Assembly (NCBI GenBank): GCA_963732385.1
Contig: CAVSZB010000003.1
Location: 192,001 to 256,000 of the forward strand
Direction of reading: 5' to 3'
Source: an uncultured bacterium
Lineage (GTDB): Bacteria > Krumholzibacteriota > Krumholzibacteriia > LZORAL124-64-63
DNA: 64,000 bases
A program made the translations under genes and the position numbers. The notes beneath the pieces were generated by a model. It saw nothing but the letters and a program-made list of their open reading frames with translations, ran no database searches and was not told the DNA's origin. Position 1 is the stretch's first letter, and each line of letters starts with the position of its first letter. Below are positions 36,373 to 45,504 of the stretch, piece after piece.

Positions 36373-38457
36373 GTGCAACCGATGGAGCGAGCGGACGATT
36401 CGAGCGGGCGCGGCGCGGCGACGACCTGTTACGTGCGCACGGTGAAGAACCGTTGCCGGCTCTGCTTCACCTGCGTCCGCCGCTGTCCGGCCAAGGCCAT
36501 CCGTATCAAGCAGCGGCAGGCCGAAGTTATTCCCGAGCGCTGCATCGGGTGCGGCAACTGCGTGCGGGTCTGCAGCCAGGGCGCCAAGGAGGTCGTCCCC
36601 ACGACCGAGTTCGTGGAGGCGATCCTCAAGAGCGGCGCCCCCGTGGCCGCCATGATCGCGCCCAGCTTCCCGGCCGAGTTCCAGGCCGAGGTCGATTTCC
36701 GCCAGCTCGTGGGGATGGTGCGCGCCCTCGGCTTCAATTATGTGACCGAGGTAGCGTTCGGAGCCGATCTGGTGGCCGAACGTTACCGGCGCCTGCTGGT
36801 CGAGGACAAGGGGTCGCGCCACATCGCCACGACCTGCCCGGCGGTGGTGGGCCTGGTCGAACGCTACCACCCCGACCTGGTGGACCACCTGGCGCCGATC
36901 GTATCGCCCATGATCGCCGAGGCGCGGGCGCTGCGACAGATCTACGGGGAAGACCTGCGCATGATCTTCGTAGGCCCGTGCGTGGGCAAGAAGATGGAGG
37001 CGGCCGACGAGGATGTGGCCGGCGAGGTCGATGCGGTCATCACCTTCCCCGAGCTGCGCGCTATGTTCAAGGCCCGCCGGATCCGCGCTGAACGCGTGGA
37101 GCCATCCGACTTCGATCCGCCGCATCCGGCGCTCGGCGCCCTCTTCGCCATCAGCCGCGGGATCCTGCAGGCCGCCGGCGTGCACGAGGATCTGCTGCGA
37201 GGCGAAGTGGTCGCGGCCGAGGGGGTGCGCAGTCTGACCAGCGCCATCGCGGCGTTCGCCGACGGGACGCTCGAGGCGGGCCTGCTGGAAATCCTCTCCT
37301 GCGACGGCTGTATCTCGGGCGCCTGCATAACCTCGGGCGAGTCGCGTTTCAAGCGCCGGGCGCGCGTCAGCCACTACGTCAACTACCGCATGGGCAGTCA
37401 CGACGCCTTGCAGTGGCACAAGAGCATCGATCGCCTGGCCGGTCTCGACCTGACCCGGTCGTTCCGCCCGCGCGACCAGCGCCTGACCGAGGTCGCTCCG
37501 CGCGAGGTCCGGCTAATCCTCAAGCGGATGGGCAAGCTCGAGAAGAGCGACGAGCTCAACTGTGGCGCCTGTGGCTATCAGACCTGTCGTGATCACGCCA
37601 TCGCGATCAAGAAGGGGCTGGCCGAAAGCGAAATGTGCCTGCCGTTCGTGATCGAGGAGTTCCAGCGCACCATCCATGAACTGCAGCTGTCGGGCGAGAA
37701 ACTGGCCAGCACGCAGGAACAGCTGATGCACTCGGAGCGCCTGGCCAGCATGGGGCAGCTCGCGGCGGGCGTGGCGCACGAGCTCAACAATCCGCTCGGC
37801 GTCATCCTGATGTATGCCCACCTGATGGCCGACGAACTGGCTGCCGACGCCGACGGACGCGAAGACCTGCAGACCATCGTGCAGCAGGCCGACCGCTGTC
37901 GACGCATCGTGGCCGGACTCCTCGACTTCGCGCGCGAGAACAAGGCGCTGTTGCAGGCCGTCGACGTGGGCGAGCTGATCGGCCAGAGCGTGAAGAGCGT
38001 GCCCGCGCCGCGGTCGGTGCGCGTGCGTGTCGAGCCGGGTCACACGACGCAGTTCTGGGACCTGGATCCCGACCAGCTAGTCCAGGTGCTGACCAACCTG
38101 ATCAGCAATGCCTTCGCGGCCATGCCGGAGGGGGGCGGGCTGGACATTCGCACTGCGGAGACGCCCGAGCACCTGGTCATCGAGGTGGAGGATACCGGCT
38201 GTGGCATCCCGCGGGCCGACCTGTCGAAGGTCTTTCAGCCGTTCTTCACCACCAAGAAGCTTGGCAAGGGAACCGGCCTCGGCCTGGCCGTCGCCTACGG
38301 CATCGTCAAGATGCACCGCGGCGACATCACCGTGCGTTCGAACGCCGATCCGGAAGCGGGCCCTACCGGAACTACCTTCACGGTGGTCATCCCGGTCCGT
38401 GCGCCGCAGGAGCGCGTGGTTGCGGGCGCGGGTCGCGACGCGGAGGAGATCGCATGA
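36373..38457 (+). CDS. Sensory [FeFe]-hydrogenase-like domain (HydS/group C) fused to a histidine kinase
   Basis: 2x4Fe-4S N-terminus; divergent H-cluster motifs TTCPAVV, GPCVGKKMEA, EILSCDGCISG; FeS motif CGACGYQTC; HisKA AHELNNPL; HATPase DTGCGI, PFFTTK, GTGLGL. Confidence 0.9.
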   Translation: MQPMERADDSSGRGAATTCYVRTVKNRCRLCFTCVRRCPAKAIRIKQRQAEVIPERCIGCGNCVRVCSQGAKEVVPTTEFVEAILKSGAPVAAMIAPSFPAEFQAEVDFRQLVGMVRALGFNYVTEVAFGADLVAERYRRLLVEDKGSRHIATTCPAVVGLVERYHPDLVDHLAPIVSPMIAEARALRQIYGEDLRMIFVGPCVGKKMEAADEDVAGEVDAVITFPELRAMFKARRIRAERVEPSDFDPPHPALGALFAISRGILQAAGVHEDLLRGEVVAAEGVRSLTSAIAAFADGTLEAGLLEILSCDGCISGACITSGESRFKRRARVSHYVNYRMGSHDALQWHKSIDRLAGLDLTRSFRPRDQRLTEVAPREVRLILKRMGKLEKSDELNCGACGYQTCRDHAIAIKKGLAESEMCLPFVIEEFQRTIHELQLSGEKLASTQEQLMHSERLASMGQLAAGVAHELNNPLGVILMYAHLMADELAADADGREDLQTIVQQADRCRRIVAGLLDFARENKALLQAVDVGELIGQSVKSVPAPRSVRVRVEPGHTTQFWDLDPDQLVQVLTNLISNAFAAMPEGGGLDIRTAETPEHLVIEVEDTGCGIPRADLSKVFQPFFTTKKLGKGTGLGLAVAYGIVKMHRGDITVRSNADPEAGPTGTTFTVVIPVRAPQERVVAGAGRDAEEIA

Positions 38458-39593
38458 AAGAGACGCTGCGCGTGCTCGTCGTGGACGACGAGGAGGGGAT
38501 GCGACGCGGCGCCGAGCGTGCGCTCGCCCGCTTCACGGCGCTTTTGCCCGACCTGGACAGGGAGCTGGATTTCGCGACCGAAGCGGCGGAGAGCGCCGAG
38601 GAGGCGCTCGCCGCCATCGAGAAGCGTCCGCCCGACCTGATGCTCCTGGACTACAAGCTGCCCGGCATGACCGGCCTGGACCTGCTCGACCGCCTGGAGC
38701 CGATGGGGCTCGACACCGTGATCATCATGATGACCGCCTACGCGTCGATCGAAACGGCGATCGTCGCCACCAAGCGCGGAGCCTACGATCTGCTGCCCAA
38801 GCCGTTCACTCCCGAGGATCTCAAGGCGGCCGTGCGCAAGGGCTGCCGCCATCTGGTGCTGCAGCGCGAGGCGCGCCGACTGGCCGCCGAGCGCCGGCAG
38901 ATCCGCTTCCAGTTTCTGTCGGTGCTGGCCCACGAGCTCAAGGCCCCGCTTGCCGCCATCGAGGGCTATCTGAACATTTTGCAGGACCACGCCCTCGGCA
39001 ACGAAGTGGACGCCTACGCAGAGCCGATCCAGCGTACACTCGTGCGCCTTGACGGCATGCGCAAACTGATCTTCGATCTGCTCGACCTTACGCGCATCGA
39101 GTCGGGGCAGAAGAGGCGGGATCTGGCTGACGTCGATCTGGTCGAAGTGGCGCGTACGGCCATCGAGACGGTACAGCCGCTGGCGGATCGGCGCGGCATC
39201 GTCGTTACACTCCTGGCCCCGCCCGCCCTGCGCCTGACCGCCGATCGCGGCGAAATCGAGATCATCCTCAACAACCTGGTCTCGAACGCCGTGAAGTACA
39301 ACCGCGACCAGGGTTCGGTGTCGGTGCGGCTGGAGGAGCGGGTCGATGGCACGCTCGCCATCGCGGTGCAGGACACGGGCATCGGCATGACGGCCGAGGA
39401 ATCGGCCCGTCTGTTCGGCGAGTTCGTGCGCATCAAGAACGCCCAAACGCGCGCCATCCCGGGCAGCGGTCTGGGCCTGTCGATCCTGAAACGTCTCGCC
39501 GAGCTGTATGGTGGGAGCGTCAGCGTCGCGACTACGCCCGACGTCGGCTCCACGTTCACGGTCAGTCTGTGCCGCTGCTCCGTCGCCGGGTAG
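38454..39593 (+). CDS. Hybrid receiver-histidine kinase (REC-HisKA-HATPase)
   Basis: VLVVDDE, LLDYKLPG, LPKPF; AHELKAPL, NAVKY, DTGIGM, GSGLGL. Confidence 0.92.
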   Translation: MKETLRVLVVDDEEGMRRGAERALARFTALLPDLDRELDFATEAAESAEEALAAIEKRPPDLMLLDYKLPGMTGLDLLDRLEPMGLDTVIIMMTAYASIETAIVATKRGAYDLLPKPFTPEDLKAAVRKGCRHLVLQREARRLAAERRQIRFQFLSVLAHELKAPLAAIEGYLNILQDHALGNEVDAYAEPIQRTLVRLDGMRKLIFDLLDLTRIESGQKRRDLADVDLVEVARTAIETVQPLADRRGIVVTLLAPPALRLTADRGEIEIILNNLVSNAVKYNRDQGSVSVRLEERVDGTLAIAVQDTGIGMTAEESARLFGEFVRIKNAQTRAIPGSGLGLSILKRLAELYGGSVSVATTPDVGSTFTVSLCRCSVAG

Positions 39594-41238
39594 CGATCAC
39601 CACGGCGAGAAGCCGGGCGCGGGAGAGTCCGACATAGAGCAGCGCCCGCTCCCGCCCGGCGAAGGGGCCCGCATCGTCGGCCGTCAGGGTGGCCTCATCC
39701 GTGCCGGTGAGCAGCGCCACATCCGCCTCGAGCCCCTTGAACCGGTAGATTGTCGCGTAGCGGACCTGGTGCGGAGCGCCCGGCTCGAGGTTGTCGATGA
39801 TCTGGTAGTTGCCCAGACGCGGCCGGCTGGCGAACGACGAATGCTCGAAGCGGTGTCGCCCCAGGATCACGATCCGCTCGGCGCGGATTCCCTGCTCGTG
39901 GATGAGCCGGTGCAGGAACTTGCGGACCGTCTCGTGCTCCTCATCCTCGTCAGCCACCACCACGATCTCCACCGGCTGACCGTCAGGGGTGCGCGGCGAT
40001 GGGCGCCCCGGAATCGCAGCGAAGCGGTTCACCATGTCGGCGATCCGCGCCGTGTTGCGGCAGTTGGTTGCCAGACGGAAGACCGGTTCCGTGAACGGAG
40101 GCCGCCCCGCGCGCCTGAACAGGTCCTGGCCAGGGTCCGTGAAGACGGCGAACGTGCTTTCGCGCGGGTCCGCGAGCAGCGCCTCGAGCGGCGGCCACCA
40201 CTCGTCGGCGAAGTCCTGCGCCTCGTCCACGATCAATGCGTCCCAGCGCGTCGCGAAGCGCGGCACGGCCTCGTAGAACAGCTCCACGACCGTCCGGTCG
40301 TAGAACTCCTGCCGGTTTTCCAGCGGCACCGCATACTCGAGGCCTGCGCCCTCGATGACATGGCGCACCAGGTCGTGGAAACAGAAAACGTCCGCTGTGG
40401 CGCCACGCTCGGCCAGGAGCGCGCGCAGGCGGTCGGCCAGCGGGATGTTGAAGCAGACCAGCAGGACCCGCCTCCCCGCGGCCGCCAGGCGCAGGGTCTT
40501 CTCGAGCGCGAGGATCGTCTTGCCCGAGCCGGCCCCCCCTTCGACCAGAAGACGGCGATTGCCTTCGAGTCCTTCGAGCAGGCGCGTCTGTTCGGCGGTG
40601 AGGCGGACGAGTTGCGTCTCCTGTGACTCGAGCCTGGCCGCCAGCGGGGCCACGACGTCGAACACCGGCAGCAGCGCGCCTAGCGCGTCATGGACCGTCT
40701 CCGGCAGCAGGCATGACAACGCTTCGCGGTAGCGGGCGAGAATCGACTCCACCCGGACCTGCAGGTGCTCCAGGTCAGGGCGCAGGATCAGGATGTCGGG
40801 CACGGCGTGCGGCGGCAGGTTGCCGGGCACATTGTCGGCCTCGGGGAATGCCACGGCGTGTCCGAACGGTGGCTGCAACTTCTTCCACTGCGGCACGCGC
40901 CGTCCGATCAATTCGTTCAAATAGTGCACACAGGTCGCCGCCTGGCGGAACGGATCCTTGATCACGATCCCGGTTCCGCTGCGCATCCAGGTGCGCGTGG
41001 GGCCGTCGTACCGGATCTCGCCCGACTTCGCTTCGACCGCCAGCAGGCCCCGTTCGGGGTGCAGCAACAGGAAGTCGCACTCCCCTTCGCGCAGGGTTCG
41101 CCCGGAGTCGTCCAGCCAGGGGAAGGAGTGAAGGACGGTCCAGCGTCGGTCCAGGCCGTCGCGCAGCGCCTCGAAGAGTCGCCACTCCGCCGAACTGGTC
41201 ACGTCGACGGGGAGCGTGCGGGGAATCATGCGGGCCAT
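39562..41238 (-). CDS. NERD nuclease domain plus SF1 (UvrD-like) helicase
   Basis: EGECDFLLLHPERGLLAVEAK (NERD PD-ExK); GGAGSGKT, VDEAQD, LATNCRN, TIYRFKGLE, LYVGLSRAR. Confidence 0.9.
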   Translation of the reverse strand: MARMIPRTLPVDVTSSAEWRLFEALRDGLDRRWTVLHSFPWLDDSGRTLREGECDFLLLHPERGLLAVEAKSGEIRYDGPTRTWMRSGTGIVIKDPFRQAATCVHYLNELIGRRVPQWKKLQPPFGHAVAFPEADNVPGNLPPHAVPDILILRPDLEHLQVRVESILARYREALSCLLPETVHDALGALLPVFDVVAPLAARLESQETQLVRLTAEQTRLLEGLEGNRRLLVEGGAGSGKTILALEKTLRLAAAGRRVLLVCFNIPLADRLRALLAERGATADVFCFHDLVRHVIEGAGLEYAVPLENRQEFYDRTVVELFYEAVPRFATRWDALIVDEAQDFADEWWPPLEALLADPRESTFAVFTDPGQDLFRRAGRPPFTEPVFRLATNCRNTARIADMVNRFAAIPGRPSPRTPDGQPVEIVVVADEDEEHETVRKFLHRLIHEQGIRAERIVILGRHRFEHSSFASRPRLGNYQIIDNLEPGAPHQVRYATIYRFKGLEADVALLTGTDEATLTADDAGPFAGRERALLYVGLSRARLLAVVIATRRRSSGTD

Positions 41239-41392
41239 GGCCCGATTCTAGCACGCTGGGCCCCTTCCGCGCAGCCGGCGAGTGCCCGGGGGGGCGGATG
41301 CGCCTCGGGACGGGGGCGCAGCGGGTGTACGGGCCCGGTTCGTGGGGGCGCGGCGGTGTTAACGGGCGATGACGGAGGGGAGGGGGGTGTCC

Positions 41393-42550
41393 ATGACAGG
41401 CGACAACGGTGACTTCCGGACCAGCGGTCTGCCGCCCTTGCACCTCCTGGCTGCGGCTCTGGCCGAAACGGAGGGGGCGTTCCTCTCCCACGGCGCTGCC
41501 CTGGCCTGGCACGGACTCGCCCAGCCTCCGCCCGGCTTCGTTACGGCGACCGCCGCGCGGTATGGACGCAGCCGGCGGCTTGGGGGAGTCGCGCTGCGGT
41601 TTGTGCGGTGTGGGGCGGGGGCCCCCTTCGGAGTCACGATGCAGGTCGTTCCCGGCGGTCCGGGGATGCTCGTCAGCGATCCGGAGCGCACCGTGGTGGA
41701 TGCGCTCCGCCGGCCGGACCTCTGCGGCGGCCTCGCCGCGGTCGTGGGGGCGCTGTGGCGGGGGCGATTCCAACTGGTTCCCGACCGTCTGGCGGACTAC
41801 GCCCTGCAGTCACCGGTCGCATCGGCCGGCCGCCGGCTCGGCTTCCTGCTGGAACTCCTCGCCATCGACGGCCCCGACGCCGTCTCCCGGCTGCTGCCGG
41901 GCCGCACGACATCCTGGACCCTGCTCGACCCGATCCAGAACCCGTCCGGCCCGCGCCTGCGGCGCTGGGGGCTGCGTCTCAACGCGGATCCACGAGACCT
42001 GGCGCTGGCGGCGGGTGTGGAGGGGGTGGAGGGGGTTGCCCAAAATGCCGGGCTCGGCGCGGGCCGGGCAGCCCTGCCGCCGTCGCTATCGGTCCTGTTT
42101 CCGCGGACGGATGAGGTCGCGGCTCCGCCGCTTGTCCAAACCGCGCGCGCCTGGCCGGTCCAGGTTGTCCGGCCGCGCCGGCTGGCCGGGCTTTGCCGTC
42201 GCTACGACCTGTTGCGGCTGGTCGTGCTCGAGGGGGCCTGGGCCGAGATCGCGGGCGCAGCGGTCCGCGACCGGCAGGGCCGGTTGCCGGCCTTCGACCC
42301 TGTGCGCATCCGAACGGAGAGGGCGCGGTACGACGAGCGTAAAGACCCGGCCCTGCTGCCGATCCTCACCGAGAAGCTCGCCGACCGGATCCTCGGCCCC
42401 GCTGAACGGCTGGCGATCGAAAGCGAACTGGCGCAGATCCTGGGCCGCCCCGTCGTGCTGCGCACCATGTGCGAACTGCTGCACCGGGTGGCGCGCCTGG
42501 CGCGCCATGCGGGTACGGTCGTTTATCACAGGCACGAGCTGGGGCAGTAA
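41393..42550 (+). CDS. AbiEi-like domain fused to a degenerate minimal-nucleotidyltransferase-like domain
   Basis: FLSHGAALAWHGL, VSDPERTVVDALRRPDLCGG, RRLGFLLE (AbiEi-like); C-terminal LAGLCRRYDLLRLVVL...ESELAQILGRPVVLRT (MNT-like). Confidence 0.65.
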   Translation: MTGDNGDFRTSGLPPLHLLAAALAETEGAFLSHGAALAWHGLAQPPPGFVTATAARYGRSRRLGGVALRFVRCGAGAPFGVTMQVVPGGPGMLVSDPERTVVDALRRPDLCGGLAAVVGALWRGRFQLVPDRLADYALQSPVASAGRRLGFLLELLAIDGPDAVSRLLPGRTTSWTLLDPIQNPSGPRLRRWGLRLNADPRDLALAAGVEGVEGVAQNAGLGAGRAALPPSLSVLFPRTDEVAAPPLVQTARAWPVQVVRPRRLAGLCRRYDLLRLVVLEGAWAEIAGAAVRDRQGRLPAFDPVRIRTERARYDERKDPALLPILTEKLADRILGPAERLAIESELAQILGRPVVLRTMCELLHRVARLARHAGTVVYHRHELGQ

Positions 42551-42603
42551 GCCGGGGGGGGGCGGGCCCGGGAGTGTTGACAGGAAATTATCAGTGCATC
42601 CGG

Positions 42604-42700
42604 ACAGAGATTGCTACGGGAGCAAAAAGTGCGCGAAGGCGAAGAGAGGGAGCAACCGCACCTCCAGGTACGCAAAATTTTTGCACGCGTAGCAGTCCCT
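42604..42700. repeat. Inverted pair of the dispersed repeat (copies 2 and 3)
   Basis: ACAGAGATTGCTACGGGAGCAAAAAGTGCGCG on plus, then CGCAAAATTTTTGCACGCGTAGCAGTCCCT as the reverse-orientation copy. Confidence 0.7.
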
Positions 42701-42821
42701 ATAAAGAAGGACTTCCGCACCTCCGATACTTCTTGTACCTCCCGAACTCCCCACGCCTTTCCGCATCCCCCGGACCCCCTGCTGGCCTCGCGACACGGCA
42801 TCGGTTAACTTGAGCCATCCT

Positions 42822-43724
42822 ATGCCTTACCTGCGTGCATGGCCATCCGCCCGAGCCTCCCTCTGCGCAGCCCTGCTGGCCGTCGCGGCCGTTTGTGCCG
42901 GTCCGCGTGCGATCGCCGCGGACGGCCCCTGGCGCGCGCTGGAGGTCGGTCTGGACTGGGCGGAACTGCCCGTGCCGCTCGCCTGCGTGGCCGGCGACGG
43001 GACGGTTCGCGTTCTGCGCATCGATCCCGGGCGCTTCGAACTGAAGCTGCTCATGGCGTCGGCGCCTGGGCAGGGTAAGGCTTTTACGCCGCGCGAATGG
43101 TGCCGGCACGGTCGACTCGTCGCCGCGATCAATGCCGGCATGTTCGCCGAGGACTACCTGACGGCGGTCTCTTTGCTGCGCTCGCGTCACCACGTCAACA
43201 ACCAGCGCCTGACCCGCCACATGGCGGTGCTGGCCTTCGATCGCCGCGACGTCGGCGTGCCGGCGGCGCAGATCATCGACCGCGAGCTGCAGGATGTGGC
43301 GGCGTTGTCATCGCGATACGGCAGCCTGGTGCAGAGCATCCGGATGGTGGCGCTCGACGGTCGAAACGTCTGGCATCCGCAGGCGCGTCGATGGAGCGCC
43401 GCCGCCGCCGGTATCGATACCCTGGGACGGGTCCTGCTGCTGCACGTGCGGTCGCCTTACCCGATGCACGATCTGGTGAACAAGCTGCTGGATCTGCCGC
43501 TGGGGCTGCGGAACCTGATGTACCTCGAGGGGGGGGCGCAGGCGCAACTCTACGTCGAGGCGGACGGTGAGGAGCACGAGCTGGCCGGTTGTTATGATCC
43601 GGAGGGACCGGCCGCCGGTCGCGAGGCGGGGCCGAGCCCCATTCCGAACGTGATCGGCGTGTCGCGTCTCGTGCCGTGGGCGCCCACCGACGCTCTGCAC
43701 GGCGATGGTCCGCGGGTTCCCTGA
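42822..43724 (+). CDS. Exported phosphodiester glycosidase (NAGPA) family protein
   Basis: Signal peptide; VLRIDPGRFEL, AAINAGMF, MYLEGGAQAQL, PIPNVIGV. Confidence 0.75.
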   Translation: MPYLRAWPSARASLCAALLAVAAVCAGPRAIAADGPWRALEVGLDWAELPVPLACVAGDGTVRVLRIDPGRFELKLLMASAPGQGKAFTPREWCRHGRLVAAINAGMFAEDYLTAVSLLRSRHHVNNQRLTRHMAVLAFDRRDVGVPAAQIIDRELQDVAALSSRYGSLVQSIRMVALDGRNVWHPQARRWSAAAAGIDTLGRVLLLHVRSPYPMHDLVNKLLDLPLGLRNLMYLEGGAQAQLYVEADGEEHELAGCYDPEGPAAGREAGPSPIPNVIGVSRLVPWAPTDALHGDGPRVP

Positions 43725-43738
43725 CGGAAGGACACCTC

Positions 43739-44146
43739 ATGGACATCGGCGAAAGCGTGAGTCTCGTCCTCGCCTCGCAGGACAGCTTCGGCAATGCTTT
43801 CTATGCCGAGTTCTTCCGCCGCAGCCCCGAGGCGAGGGCCCACTTCGTGGGCCTCGACATGGAGCGGCAGGCCCTCTCCCTCACGATGGCGCTTCCTTTG
43901 ATCGAGCAACTGCACCGCCACGCCTACCCCGCCATCGAGAACTACCTGGGAATCCTCGGTCACCGCCACGGCCATCGTGGCATCCCCCCGGAGCTCTACC
44001 CGGTGTGGGGCGAGGCGATGCTCGCCTCGCTGGAGCGATTCCTTGGGGAGGCGTGGGACGCGGGGCTGGCGGGACAGTGGCGCGAGGCCATCGCCGGGGC
44101 CTCGCGCGTCATGCTGGAGGGATATGGGCGGCACGGGGGGATGTAG
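43739..44146 (+). CDS. Single-domain globin
   Basis: FYAEFFRRSPEARAHF...DMERQ...LGHRHGHRGIPPELYPVWGEAML...W, including the proximal His. Confidence 0.85.
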   Translation: MDIGESVSLVLASQDSFGNAFYAEFFRRSPEARAHFVGLDMERQALSLTMALPLIEQLHRHAYPAIENYLGILGHRHGHRGIPPELYPVWGEAMLASLERFLGEAWDAGLAGQWREAIAGASRVMLEGYGRHGGM

Positions 44147-44263
44147 GCTCATGTTGCCGCAGGTGATCGGCGTCGCGCCGGCGAGCGCCCAGGCGTCGGG
44201 CACTGCGGGTGCTTGTTCAAACCGGGCGAACGCTTCTGGTGGTGGGGCTTCGAGTCAGTAGTT

Positions 44264-44295
44264 ACAGCGGTTGCTACGCGAGCAAAAAGTGCGCG
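44264..44295 (+). repeat. Dispersed intergenic repeat, copy 4
   Basis: ACAGCGGTTGCTACGCGAGCAAAAAGTGCGCG between convergent genes. Confidence 0.8.
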
Positions 44296-44326
44296 TGTCT
44301 CCGACCAGCCGCCCCCCCCGCTCAGG

Positions 44327-45307
44327 TCATTTCAGATGCACGTTCAATCCCGGCAGCCATTTCGTGCCGCGTCGATTGTTCCCGGCGTAGTTGAGCAGTC
44401 CGATCTGCACGCCGTGCAGCTCACGCGTCCAGTTGAAAATGGCGATGGCGAGGCCGTCGCAACGCTCACCGGCACGCGCGTACCCCGCCATGCTCAGACC
44501 GGCGAAGCGGTCACATCTCAGATAGCCGCCGGTCACCGCCAGCCCCCGCCAGTCGGCCGCCTTGAGGCCCGCTCCGCCGATGCCCACGCCGGTGAAGCGC
44601 CTGCCGGCGCCGGCGGCCAGTCCGCCGATCGCGAGCCCGGTGAGATTGTCGCCGGCGCCGGCGGCGAGACCGCCGAGCAGCACGCCGGTGGCCGCATCTC
44701 CGGCGCCGGCGGCGAGACCGCCGGCAATCACGCCAGTGGCGCGATTCCCTGCACCCGCGGCCAGGCCGCCCAGCACGACGCCCGTGGCATCGTCTCCGGC
44801 GCCTGCCCCGAGGCCGCCCATGATGAGTCCCCTGGCGTTCGTTCCGGCGCCGGCGCCCAGCCCGCCCAGAATCACGCCCGTGGAATTGTCTCCGGCGCCG
44901 GCGCCCAGGCCGCCCACGATGATCCCTTTGGCGTTCGTTCCGGTACCCGCGCCCAGCCCCCCGATCAGGATGCCGCGCGCTCGCTGTGTTGCGCCGACCC
45001 CGACCAGATTGATCGACAGGCCGTCGATGCACTCCGCTCCGGTCCCGACCACCCCGAGCGAGAGGCCGCGCACCCGGCCCCGGGGGTCGTCGCGCGGGAT
45101 CCAGAACGTGGTGCTCAAGCCGGTGATGGTGCCGATGTCGCGGTCGCGCAGGTTGAAGCGCAGGCCGGTGAAATCGTGGGAGCTGCCGAAGCTCAGCCCC
45201 CAGCGGTGCGTTGGAAGGTCGAGGGAGCCGGCTCGTGACGTGGCGACCGGCGCCACCGCGAGGACGAGCGCGCACAAAGCCATAAGACGACGCGGCGAAA
45301 CCTGCAT
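44327..45307 (-). CDS. Secreted Gly-rich 16-aa-repeat protein (predicted beta-solenoid, LA_2272-like surface repeat)
   Basis: Signal peptide; about 8 tandem repeats like TGVILGGLGAGAGDNA; C-terminal GVQIGLLNYA. Confidence 0.75.
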   Translation of the reverse strand: MQVSPRRLMALCALVLAVAPVATSRAGSLDLPTHRWGLSFGSSHDFTGLRFNLRDRDIGTITGLSTTFWIPRDDPRGRVRGLSLGVVGTGAECIDGLSINLVGVGATQRARGILIGGLGAGTGTNAKGIIVGGLGAGAGDNSTGVILGGLGAGAGTNARGLIMGGLGAGAGDDATGVVLGGLAAGAGNRATGVIAGGLAAGAGDAATGVLLGGLAAGAGDNLTGLAIGGLAAGAGRRFTGVGIGGAGLKAADWRGLAVTGGYLRCDRFAGLSMAGYARAGERCDGLAIAIFNWTRELHGVQIGLLNYAGNNRRGTKWLPGLNVHLK

Positions 45308-45504
45308 GGCGCGACCCCCCTCTAAATGAGGATGCGAATCAGACGGCTAGACGGACGCGGGGCGAGGAAAGTTGCCTTCCCGCCGCCGATCCGTCCCATT
45401 CGCCCGAGTTGGCGGGCGATGTTCAATATTCCTATACTGATGCCAACTCCTCGCCCGGCTACCCCACGGCTGCTGTTCCGTGATTGCCGAAAAGGAGTCA
45501 TGCC

